Assembly: GCA_041697335.1 (NCBI GenBank)
Contig: JBGUGD010000031.1
Span: 32,001 to 96,000, forward strand
Length of the DNA stretch: 64,000 nucleotides
DNA from: Vampirovibrionaceae bacterium NZW_1234
GTDB taxonomy: Bacteria; Cyanobacteriota; Vampirovibrionia; Vampirovibrionales; JAGQHJ01
Reading direction: 5' to 3'
The position numbers and the translations under genes were made by a program. The notes below the pieces were generated by a model. The model was not told the origin of the DNA. It did no database searches and saw only the letters and a list, made by a program, of their open reading frames with translations. Shown piece by piece: positions 28,790 to 37,856 of this stretch. Each line of letters begins with the position of its first letter. The first letter of the stretch is position 1.

Positions 28790-29995
28790 ATGGCTTTTAT
28801 GCAACTCGACCGTCTGTTTATTACCAAGCATTCACCTCCCTTTGGCCGCCTTTTTGGGGCGGGCATCCTGGGGTTATGCCTTACAATGGTGATGATGGCC
28901 TGTGGCAAGCCTCCGGAGCCTCCATCGGTGGAGGCCGTTTTACGGCAGTCCTGGCAGTATTACCAGCAGCAGTTTATGGTCAACGGCGAACGGGTTCAGT
29001 CCAACACGTACCAGGGCACCATCAGCGAAGGGCAGTCCTACGCGCTGCTGAAGGCCGTGTGGATGAATGACCCCGAGGTGTTTGAGAAAACCTGGCAATG
29101 GACACAGCGGGAGCTGGATCGCCCCAAGGACCATCTTTTCGGCTGGCGTTGGGGAGAGCGTCCGGATCACACCTGGGGGTTGTTGTTCGAGGAAAGCGCC
29201 CCGGATGCGGATCAGGACATCGCCTATGCCCTGCTGCTGGCCGGCGAACAATGGAACAGACCGGATTATATTCAATCTGCCAGAGCGATCATCGCTGATT
29301 TCTGGCGTGTTCATGTGGTCCGGCTCGGCGGGCGCTATTACCTGACCGCAGGCGACTGGGAAGGGTTTCGGCAGCCCTACTTGACATTGAATCCCTCGTA
29401 TTTCGCACCTTACGTGTATCGGCACTTTGCCCGCTACGATGAGGATCCCGCGCATGCCTGGGCGAAGCTCGCCCAGGACAGTTATGCGACCCTTGAGGCC
29501 TGCTCCAATCTCACGCAACACAAGCTCCCCCCAAACTGGTGCAGCGTCGATTGGAAAACCCATCGGATCGGGTTTTCCGACGTCCAAGGGGAAAACGCCC
29601 GAGACTTCAGTTATGATGCCATCCGGGTTTTTTGGCGCATGGCCATGGATGCCGCTGACACAAGCGCCGATGCCAGAGGTTACCTGTCCCGGCATCACTT
29701 TTTAATGACCCTCAATCAAGGCCCGCATCAATTTCCGCCCGGCTTTGGCCCCAACGGCGAATCCCGTGGAACGGGGCCTTCGGGCTTCACCCTCAGTCCA
29801 GCCATGGCCCAATATGCTCTCCTGCACCCGGGAGATCCGGACACCTTGTATCAAAAAACCCTGGCCCCCTATTACCACCCCCGGGGCTTCTGGTTTAACG
29901 ACTACGACGACTTTCTCCACAGTGTCATCTGGCTCCACCTGTACACGCTCACCTTGAATTCTCCTGGACCTTCTGACACATCAAGACACCATTAA
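28790..29995 (+). CDS. Glycoside hydrolase family 8 (BcsZ / endoglucanase-chitosanase-like), probable lipoprotein
   Basis: TISEGQSYALL, SAPDADQDIAYALL, LNPSY, FSYDAIRV; lipobox-like MMAC. Confidence 0.9.
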   Translation: MAFMQLDRLFITKHSPPFGRLFGAGILGLCLTMVMMACGKPPEPPSVEAVLRQSWQYYQQQFMVNGERVQSNTYQGTISEGQSYALLKAVWMNDPEVFEKTWQWTQRELDRPKDHLFGWRWGERPDHTWGLLFEESAPDADQDIAYALLLAGEQWNRPDYIQSARAIIADFWRVHVVRLGGRYYLTAGDWEGFRQPYLTLNPSYFAPYVYRHFARYDEDPAHAWAKLAQDSYATLEACSNLTQHKLPPNWCSVDWKTHRIGFSDVQGENARDFSYDAIRVFWRMAMDAADTSADARGYLSRHHFLMTLNQGPHQFPPGFGPNGESRGTGPSGFTLSPAMAQYALLHPGDPDTLYQKTLAPYYHPRGFWFNDYDDFLHSVIWLHLYTLTLNSPGPSDTSRHH

Positions 29996-30030
29996 AGCCA
30001 TTCTGGTGGATGCTCCACCAAAATGGCTTT
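29994..30030. terminator. Bidirectional terminator
   Basis: AAAGCCATTCTGGTGGA-TGC-TCCACCAAAATGGCTTT between convergent genes. Confidence 0.75.
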
Positions 30031-30112
30031 TAACCTGGTTCTCAGCTTCGGACACTTGACACTATCGGCTGAGACAATCCCCTCTAACTCTCATAAAACT
30101 TCCTAGGACTCT

Positions 30113-30736
30113 CTAAGTGGCTTCATTGACACTGATCACCAGCTTGTTGCGCTTGATGGTCAGGTCCATATTCTTGAAAAAGTTCATCCCTAACAGGCCC
30201 GACAATTGACTGTCGTGACCCAAATCCTGCACCACGGCTTTGACTTCGTGAACTTCGATGCCGCCAATTGAAACACTGTTCAAGGTCACCATCGGAGCGG
30301 AGATCACGCCGTTGGCCGTCATAATATTCATTTTCGGGGTGTGGCTGTCCATTTTCACATGGAGTCTATGGGCCAAGTCCGGGGTAATCACCGTGTAGGT
30401 GGCACCGGTATCCACCACAAAGGTGGCGAGGAACCTATGTTCCAAGAGCATCGGAACGGCCAGCGAGCTCTTAATCTGCTCAATAAAGGGCACTTCCACC
30501 TGACGGGTGTGGTGGTCCTCCTCCGGCTTAACGGTGGCTGTGTTGGATTGAAGCTTGGCCAGGCTTTGGCGAGCCAAATCGGCAATCACGGGATTATTGG
30601 TTTCTTTAAGCAGATGATCAAAAAAGATAGCCGCTTCGCTTTTCTCGCTGGTGCCCGACTCCTTGGCAAACGAGGGTATCATGGTCACGGACATCAAGGT
30701 CAAGGCAATGGCTGCAATGGTAAACACTCGCTTCAA
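30113..30736 (-). CDS. Secreted retropepsin-like (clan AA) aspartic protease
   Basis: Signal peptide ending SFA; FVVDTGAT, TANG, GLLGMNF. Confidence 0.9.
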   Translation of the reverse strand: MKRVFTIAAIALTLMSVTMIPSFAKESGTSEKSEAAIFFDHLLKETNNPVIADLARQSLAKLQSNTATVKPEEDHHTRQVEVPFIEQIKSSLAVPMLLEHRFLATFVVDTGATYTVITPDLAHRLHVKMDSHTPKMNIMTANGVISAPMVTLNSVSIGGIEVHEVKAVVQDLGHDSQLSGLLGMNFFKNMDLTIKRNKLVISVNEAT

Positions 30737-31148
30737 TGTGATACCCTCTCTTCGGTGTGTTTCTTCTCACGTATGAAGACCATCGGCGCAGGGGTATTTA
30801 AACTTTAATATCCTAACAATATATTTAAGATTTTTTCATATTCGAACCCGGGTTCCGCCAAAGCCCCGCAATGGTGTCGTTTCGTCGAGCTACAGCAAGA
30901 TTATCCCGGCCTTCACGATTCACGGGAGCAAGATCCTTAAGGCCCCGTATTATCGATGTTTTCAGACATTGATATCAATCCAAAACAAACTTATCTATAC
31001 TGTGTAAATATATTAAGCATTCCTGCTTCTGCGCCCCCAGAAACTTGATTTTTATACCTGTTCTTCCTATTATTTTCAAACTTAATACACATTTGAAACA
31101 AAACAATAAACACGCTGCACATCCGGTGCACAGAAATTAGGTGATGCT

Positions 31149-33095
31149 ATGGCGTTGGCTCCTCGGAAAGACAGAAAACCGCGCTCGGTCTTTCTGAACA
31201 CACCCGTCACAACTGGCCCCATCATACTGGGGGACAGCGTCACGTCTGTTCCGGCCTTGCAGTATGCCTATCCGTTTTCCGTAACGTACCCAAGCCTTCA
31301 AAACTCACGCCCTGGTAGTCAGGGCTTGGGATTGGCCCTCCCCTTAAGCCTGGCCATGACGGTGGCCATCGCCACAACCCCGGTTGCTCATGCCGCCCCG
31401 GGTGAAATCAACTCCGTGAATATCGGCCAAAACGTCCAAGGCGGTGTTTATTACAACACACCTGGAAGCCAAACCACCTTCCAGGCCCCCACTACCGGTG
31501 GCAGCCTGGTGGTCTCCAGCAATACCGTGGTTCGGGGTTTGGAATCCGACATGTCGGGCACACCCACGGGCAATGGCGGCCATATGGTATTTAACGCCCC
31601 GGGCGGGGTGGTCCGCCTGGATGGCACCATCGATGCCAGCGCCATTAAATCCGGACAGTTCTACTATGGCAACGGTGGACGCGTCTCCATCAACGCCGAA
31701 TACCTGCTTCAGTCAGGCAATATCTATGCCAACGGCATTAACGGTGGTCACGTCTCTGTAAATGTGGGGGCTTTGGCCGCTGGTCCCAGTTCTAAGATTC
31801 AGGCCATGGGCTTTGGCGGAGCCGGGGGCAAAGTAGAAATTCGCTCGCAAGGCCCGGTTGTTATTCATCCGGGAGCCCTTATCGATGCCTCGGGCCGGGT
31901 CCTCCATTACGATGCCAGCGTCATCCGGATTGAGGGCGGCATCGTCAACAATGCCGGTATTATCCGGGCCAACGCCATTGCCCGAAACGACGGCAAATCC
32001 GGCACCAGCGATCTCCAGATTATTGCCAGCCACCCCGTGGTGGCCAACGCCATCGCCAATATGCCGGTCCCTCCCATGCCGGCCTACTCGGGACCGTCTC
32101 GCGGCGGTACCATTGAGATTAGCGCCGTGGGGTCCAGTCAAAATCACAACGCCATCGAGGCCATCAACAAGGCCGCTACCGATGGCGTCTTTACTGCCTC
32201 GGAAGCCGGTATACTCAAAAGCCAGCTCACCACTCTGGCCAATAACTTTGATGGGCAAATCATTAACAGCCCCACCGGCGTCATTCAAGCCACCGGTGAA
32301 GACGGTTACCACGGCACCCAGTTCTACGGTGCCACACCGGGCGGATCCGGCGGGGTTATTTCCCTCAGCGGATTGGCCCATATCCATAACGATGGGGTGA
32401 TTGACGTCAGCGGCGGCCACGGTGGCGACGCCAATGCTTTTGGTGACGCGGGCGGTCGTGGGGGTGATGCCGGAATTATAAATCTTGCCAGTCTCAGTCC
32501 GTTTGTTTCAGGCACCGGACAGGTTTTGCTGAGGGGAGGGCAAGGAGGCCAGGGGAGCCCCTTTGTGGGCAGTACGGGTGGGAATGGGGGTCATGGCGGG
32601 TTATTGCTCGTCCCTGACGAACCGCACAACTGGGTAGCCACAACCTTTCAGCGCTTCGATTTGCGCGGGGGCGACGGGGGTCAAAGTCGTGGCGGGTGTC
32701 CCATTCCCTCTCACCCTGGTCACCATGGCCTGATTGCACGGTCTCAGCCACCGTGCCCACCGCCGCCGCCGTGTGATCCACCGCCGCCGCCACCTCCTCC
32801 GCCTCCGCCACCACCGCCTCCGCCAAGGCCACCGCGGCAGGATATTCCGCCTCAGACTCCTTCACCGGATTTTTCCTTCCCGCCCATTGATCAAAGCGGG
32901 CCACTCTATGTCTTTTCCGGCCTTCCCCAACAAATTGCCCAGGCTGCGGACACGTCCTATGCCTTACTGGCTCAGGAGCCCACAACGGCTACCCGTCAGC
33001 GCCTTGAGCAGCAACTGGCCGAAATTCCCAAAAAAGATCACCCCTTCAAACGTCCCCGGGTCGAGCGGGCCACCAAAGTTCGCGGCTTCTGGTAA
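31149..33095 (+). CDS. Secreted Gly/Asn-rich beta-helix protein (filamentous haemagglutinin-like) with poly-proline tail
   Basis: Hydrophobic segment ending AHA, repeated GNGG/GG.V.I motifs, Pro tract, C-terminus VRGFW. Confidence 0.7.
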   Translation: MALAPRKDRKPRSVFLNTPVTTGPIILGDSVTSVPALQYAYPFSVTYPSLQNSRPGSQGLGLALPLSLAMTVAIATTPVAHAAPGEINSVNIGQNVQGGVYYNTPGSQTTFQAPTTGGSLVVSSNTVVRGLESDMSGTPTGNGGHMVFNAPGGVVRLDGTIDASAIKSGQFYYGNGGRVSINAEYLLQSGNIYANGINGGHVSVNVGALAAGPSSKIQAMGFGGAGGKVEIRSQGPVVIHPGALIDASGRVLHYDASVIRIEGGIVNNAGIIRANAIARNDGKSGTSDLQIIASHPVVANAIANMPVPPMPAYSGPSRGGTIEISAVGSSQNHNAIEAINKAATDGVFTASEAGILKSQLTTLANNFDGQIINSPTGVIQATGEDGYHGTQFYGATPGGSGGVISLSGLAHIHNDGVIDVSGGHGGDANAFGDAGGRGGDAGIINLASLSPFVSGTGQVLLRGGQGGQGSPFVGSTGGNGGHGGLLLVPDEPHNWVATTFQRFDLRGGDGGQSRGGCPIPSHPGHHGLIARSQPPCPPPPPCDPPPPPPPPPPPPPPPPRPPRQDIPPQTPSPDFSFPPIDQSGPLYVFSGLPQQIAQAADTSYALLAQEPTTATRQRLEQQLAEIPKKDHPFKRPRVERATKVRGFW

Positions 33096-33160
33096 AGTCT
33101 CCTTCAAATCGGTCGAAGTCCTTCATGGCTCTCCTTATGTGAGATAGAAGGACAGAAGGC

Positions 33161-33826
33161 ATGATTATTCCAACCGATTTTTACCGCAGACTGGTCCCCA
33201 TGGCCGTGGCCATCCTCTGGATGTGGTTTGCCGTGGCCCTGGCCGAGCTGCCTTTAAGAAACGGCAGTGTCACCTTGAATATTCCCTCTTGCACCCTATG
33301 GGTCTTCGATGGCCCGACCCTGGTCAAGGCCTATCGCGTGGCCGTCGGGGCCAAAGACACCCCAACCCCGGTGGGTCGGTTCACGGTGCTGCGCAAGGTC
33401 GTGGACCCCGAAGCCGACGGGGCGGATGACTCAGCCCCCCCATTGGGCAGCCGCTGGATTGGGTTTCTCGAAAAAGACGGGGGCGAATACGGTATTCACG
33501 GCATTCCGGATACCAGCCCACTGGGGCAGTTTCACACCCGGGGCAGTGTCCAGATGGCCATGAAAGACGTCGAAGAATTCTTTGACTATGTCGATGTCGG
33601 CACGCCGATCACGATTACCTATGCCCTGGTCCAGGTCGCCCGAGGCAACCAGGGCGAAATCCTTGCGACGGTCTTTCCCGATACCATGGGCAAAGGCCAA
33701 CCCACCCAGGCCCAAATCGAGCAACTCATCCGCACCCAGTTCCCCCAAGCCCGCATCGACACCCATCGCCTGAAACAGGCCATGGCCACCCCCCAGGCCA
33801 AACCCGTGATTATCGGCACCTGGTAG
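33161..33826 (+). CDS. L,D-transpeptidase (YkuD) family protein with the catalytic Cys replaced by Ser
   Basis: YRVAVG, TPTPVGRF, PLGSRWIG, YGIHG...TRGSVQM; signal peptide. Confidence 0.85.
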   Translation: MIIPTDFYRRLVPMAVAILWMWFAVALAELPLRNGSVTLNIPSCTLWVFDGPTLVKAYRVAVGAKDTPTPVGRFTVLRKVVDPEADGADDSAPPLGSRWIGFLEKDGGEYGIHGIPDTSPLGQFHTRGSVQMAMKDVEEFFDYVDVGTPITITYALVQVARGNQGEILATVFPDTMGKGQPTQAQIEQLIRTQFPQARIDTHRLKQAMATPQAKPVIIGTW

Positions 33827-34003
33827 AAATAAAGAAATAAAATGAGTGCCCGTTCGCAAGAAAAATGCCCTATTATTAGGCTCCGATGCTGCTTTGAAAA
33901 CTTGGTCTCCCGCAGATAAATCATGTCCTCTAAGCTACTTGGGCAAGAATAACGGGTGCAAAAACATCCATTTGCGTGAGATTACCCACAAATACACCCA
34001 TAA

Positions 34004-34040
34004 ATACCCATATTTTTTTATTGACCTCAGATATGGGTAT
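34004..34040. promoter_or_regulatory. Operator-like inverted repeat upstream of the Fic gene
   Basis: ATACCCATAT-17 nt containing TTGACC-ATATGGGTAT, plus upstream TACCCA/CACCCA direct repeats. Confidence 0.55.
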
Positions 34041-34077
34041 ATACGAAGATAAATATGGATAAGTTGAGCTAGGGACG

Positions 34078-35121
34078 ATGAGAGAGCCGAACCTTCAAAT
34101 CACGCCTGCAATTTTAAAGCTCATCGCTTCAATTGATGAGTTCAAAGGGCGTTGGGAAGCTCTCAAACAGATGGCTCCTGACCGCCTGCAAACGCTGAGG
34201 CGGATTGCCACCATTGAGTCTGTCGGCTCTTCCACCCGGATTGAAGGAGTTAAGCTGACGGATAGAGAGGTAGAACAGCTCCTCAAGGGCTTAGATACCC
34301 ATTCGTTTCGTAGCCGTGATGAGGAAGAGGTGGCTGGCTATGCAGATGCGATGGACCTCATCTTTGAGTCTTTTGCCGAGATTCCATTCACAGAAAATCA
34401 CATCAAGCAGCTTCATCAGGTTTTGCTCAAACATGTCAAAAAGGACATCTATCATCGAGGAGAATATAAGAAGTTTCCCAACCACGTCGAGGCCTTTGGA
34501 GCGGATGGCAAAAGTGTCGGGATTGTCTTTGAAACGGTCAGCCCGTTTGATACGCCTCACTGTATGACCGAACTGATTACCTGGACCCATCAGGCATTTG
34601 AGAAGAAAGACCTGCACCCCTTGTTGGTCATTGGGATCTTTGTGGTCCATTTCCTGGCCATCCATCCATTCCAGGATGGGAATGGTCGCCTGTCCCGAAT
34701 ACTTACGACGCTGTTGCTGTTGCAGCAAGGGTACTCTTACGTTCCATACAGCTCCTTGGAGCGGATTGTGGAAGAGAATAAGGACCACTACTATCTGTCG
34801 CTACAAGCCCAGGCCACTCTTAAAAAAGATGATACCCAGCTGAACCAGTGGCTTCTGTTCTTCCTGGAATGCCTCCAAAAGCAAGGACAGGTGTTGGCCT
34901 CCAAGATTGAGCGTGAGCAATTGATGAAGAAGCTCCCCGAATTGTCAGAACAAATCCTCAAGATTGCACGTGACCATGGTCGGGTAACCGTTGGTGATGC
35001 GGTTGAAGTGACCCAGGCAAACCGCAATACCATCAAACTTCGTTTCAGGGAATTAGTCGCAGAAGGTTACCTGGAGGCACAGGGGAAGGGCAAAGGGACA
35101 TGGTATATCTTGGCTCGATAA
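34078..35121 (+). CDS. Fic family protein with C-terminal winged HTH
   Basis: SSTRIEG inhibitory motif; HPFQDGNGRLSR catalytic motif. Confidence 0.95.
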   Translation: MREPNLQITPAILKLIASIDEFKGRWEALKQMAPDRLQTLRRIATIESVGSSTRIEGVKLTDREVEQLLKGLDTHSFRSRDEEEVAGYADAMDLIFESFAEIPFTENHIKQLHQVLLKHVKKDIYHRGEYKKFPNHVEAFGADGKSVGIVFETVSPFDTPHCMTELITWTHQAFEKKDLHPLLVIGIFVVHFLAIHPFQDGNGRLSRILTTLLLLQQGYSYVPYSSLERIVEENKDHYYLSLQAQATLKKDDTQLNQWLLFFLECLQKQGQVLASKIEREQLMKKLPELSEQILKIARDHGRVTVGDAVEVTQANRNTIKLRFRELVAEGYLEAQGKGKGTWYILAR

Positions 35122-35247
35122 GAGAAGAAAGCTGGGTTTGACCGATAGAACTCTTTAACAAACGGTTATTGATCAGCAATTTGCAAACATTTTGGTCCCC
35201 TGACTATGAAAAATGGAAGCAAAAACGTCGGATTATCGCGCTTCTGA

Positions 35248-36303
35248 TTAGATTTTAGAATTCTGGTTAAAGCGCAGGTTTTTCAAGCCTTGCTGTTGCT
35301 GATACATTTCCTTGGCCTTGTTCACTTCCTGGGCAACCTTGGAGACCATCTGCGCGATATAGGCCTCGATAAAGCCCCCGGCAATCGAGGTTAACCCGGC
35401 GGTCACCATCAACCAGTGCGGGTTCTTCTCCAGCCATTTGCGGAAGGGATGCTGGCCGATGTTTTTCTGAAAGAACCCGGCAATGCGCTTAATCGTCGGG
35501 TTTCCAAGAACATTTTTCTGGACATGATAACTGATACGGGCCATTAATGACGCCCCTTTGCCAGGGGGAACCAATTTCTTGGCCATCGTCACCGGGGCAT
35601 GCTTTTGCTTCATCAACAGGCTCAAGCCCAGGTTCAGCTCGGTGCCCACCAGGGTCACCACCGAGGAAACGAAGCGCAGATAATTGTGCCGCTCTTTTTC
35701 CGTCATTTCACTGACGGGCTTATCTTTTTCCAAGCCGAAGAAATGGCAATAGAAATCGCGAACCTTTTTGGTCCAGGGTTTCTTGTCATCCATGGCACCT
35801 TTGATAAACTGCCCCTGAAGCCATCCCAACAACAGTTCCCCGGCAATGTAGATTTTAGGCAGGCCGAACAGATAGGCATACCCGGCGCCCATAATCACCC
35901 CATCAAACAGAATCTTAATCAGGCGCATCACCTTCGGTCCCAAATCGGCCCCATGATGAGGGTCGGTGGTGGCTTTCTTTTTGTCTGCTTTCTCGGTTGG
36001 CTTGGGAACGAGCTTCGGCATTTCAATCACCACCGGGGGCGAAGCCTCCTTGGGCTTGGGTTTTTCATCGGCCGGCGAGATGACTTCGGGGTTTATCCAG
36101 TACTGATCCGAGGCAAGCCATGTCGGTTTGGCAGTGGGCGACGCGGCAGTCAGCTCGGCAGTGGCGGGGTTGGACCCCGAGTTGTTTTGCGATCGGGTGG
36201 CCGGATATGCCGGGCTATACGCGACAAAGCCACCTCGATTTGATGGAGGTGTCCAGGCTGGGTAGTAAGGCGAGGGGGCATAATATGGGCCTGGTATGAC
36301 CAT
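35248..36303 (-). CDS. Lineage-specific membrane protein with Tyr/Pro-rich N-terminus
   Basis: MVIPGPYYAPSPYYPAW start, low-complexity linker, several hydrophobic segments. Confidence 0.75.
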   Translation of the reverse strand: MVIPGPYYAPSPYYPAWTPPSNRGGFVAYSPAYPATRSQNNSGSNPATAELTAASPTAKPTWLASDQYWINPEVISPADEKPKPKEASPPVVIEMPKLVPKPTEKADKKKATTDPHHGADLGPKVMRLIKILFDGVIMGAGYAYLFGLPKIYIAGELLLGWLQGQFIKGAMDDKKPWTKKVRDFYCHFFGLEKDKPVSEMTEKERHNYLRFVSSVVTLVGTELNLGLSLLMKQKHAPVTMAKKLVPPGKGASLMARISYHVQKNVLGNPTIKRIAGFFQKNIGQHPFRKWLEKNPHWLMVTAGLTSIAGGFIEAYIAQMVSKVAQEVNKAKEMYQQQQGLKNLRFNQNSKI

Positions 36304-36526
36304 TCTTCCCTATTTCCCGTGATGCATCATTTCCATAACTAAAACACCTCAACATGCGAAGTTGACAGTTCAGTGGAAACACAGGCTTAACGGTTCTTAA
36401 CCCACGTCCCAGAGTCGGTGGTCATCATAGCGAGGGGGAGAACAAAAGGCAATGGGAAAAATTTCCTGTCCCACCAGGCTGATATCTCCCATATGAGTCA
36501 CATATAACCATCATCACGATCGTTAA

Positions 36527-36572
36527 AACACCTCTGGCATTCAATAGCACATGTGCCGGTACCAGAGGTGTT
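36527..36572 (-). terminator. Probable terminator of the small gene 36621-36842
   Basis: AACACCTCTGG...CCAGAGGTGTT 11-bp stem with T tract on the minus strand. Confidence 0.55.
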
Positions 36573-36620
36573 GCTCCTACCCCTACCCCTCAATGTTCTG
36601 ACAACCAGAAGATATGACGT

Positions 36621-36842
36621 CTACTGGTCGATGATGTCCTTGGCAGGAGACTCCTGATCGCGGATGTTCAAGGTCGGGTCGGTGTCACTGATGCGACGTT
36701 TGTGGCTGATATCGTCAATCCCGGTTCCGGCCACGCCCGGCCCAATGCGATCCGGATCGCCCCGGCCATCCTGAAGCGGTTTGGTATGGCGCGTGGGTGA
36801 TGCCTTCATAGGCTCCTTGCGGCGAGAAGATTTCTCCGTCAT
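36621..36842 (-). CDS. Small hydrophilic hypothetical protein (73 aa)
   Basis: Strong SD GGAGGAAGGA before ATG 36842; downstream terminator. Confidence 0.6.
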   Translation of the reverse strand: MTEKSSRRKEPMKASPTRHTKPLQDGRGDPDRIGPGVAGTGIDDISHKRRISDTDPTLNIRDQESPAKDIIDQ

Positions 36843-37122
36843 AATCCTTCCTCCAATACCCACCCCGTCTCTGGATACTCGGGCTGGGTCCCTTTGCCGT
36901 CTCCAGGCCCAGGCGGACCCGAATCGTGGGTTTAAGTCTATCTTCTATGGTGCATGCTGGCTCATTTTTTGTCTGACGGGTATCCCTCGGGTCGGCAACT
37001 TTACGCCTGAAAAATGGCCCTAAAGCAGGCTCGGCTCCCCGGTCTCTTGAATCCCCTGTGCGATTCCTGTAATATCAGGCTTTCGAAGACACCCGACATC
37101 ATTTTTCCGAGGAGCGTGGTAT

Positions 37123-37644
37123 ATGGTTCACTTGACGTCACTTAACCCCATGGCAGGGTCCCTCCACCGGGTAGCGATCCGTCGGCCGACCTTCATCAAC
37201 CCCATATCACCCAAACCGTCATTCACCCCCCGGTTTCAAGGTCGGATTGCGGAGTTATCCAAGGATCAGCGCATTGGCGTTCTTGCAGAGCGCCTGATGA
37301 CACTGCCGCCTTTTCAGAATGATACGGAAGCCTTTCAAGCCATGACGACGGTTTTGGCGGGAGTCGAGCGAGATTATCGCCCAGCCAGCGAACCGGAAGA
37401 CATGGCCGTCGAGCCCGAGGAGTTCAACCCCGCCTTTACCGTTCAGGGGCATCCCCATTTGCGGGTAGGTATTACCCCGAAACATATCGTCCTGATCCAC
37501 CCCAACGGGGCACTAAAGCTCTACGAAGCCCGGAACCCCCTGACTCAGAAAACGCCCTTGCCCTTGGAGCGGGCTTTTCTGGAAAACCATTTCTCCCCCC
37601 TGCTCGATAAACCCAACGCCCGTCAACAACGGGTCTGGGATTAA
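37123..37644 (+). CDS. Hypothetical, possibly toxin-like domain protein with PRFQG leader
   Basis: GAGGAG SD; 40-aa S/P/R-rich leader followed by a compact domain (H..LIHPNGAL...LLDKP...VW). Confidence 0.7.
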   Translation: MVHLTSLNPMAGSLHRVAIRRPTFINPISPKPSFTPRFQGRIAELSKDQRIGVLAERLMTLPPFQNDTEAFQAMTTVLAGVERDYRPASEPEDMAVEPEEFNPAFTVQGHPHLRVGITPKHIVLIHPNGALKLYEARNPLTQKTPLPLERAFLENHFSPLLDKPNARQQRVWD

Positions 37645-37856
37645 CCGACTTCGTTTCCCACATCCCCTGAAGCCTGTTTACTTTTCGTGGACAACTAGGG
37701 ATTGAATTCACGTCTGCCTTGGGCTCCTGACCCCATGTTGCAACTCATTTTGATCATCGGCGCAATTTTTAGCATGCGCGTGTTTTTATTGTTTATATAA
37801 ATTATATCCTATGCAAATACAACAGAAATCTTTTCACGTGTTGTAGGAGAGTCAGA

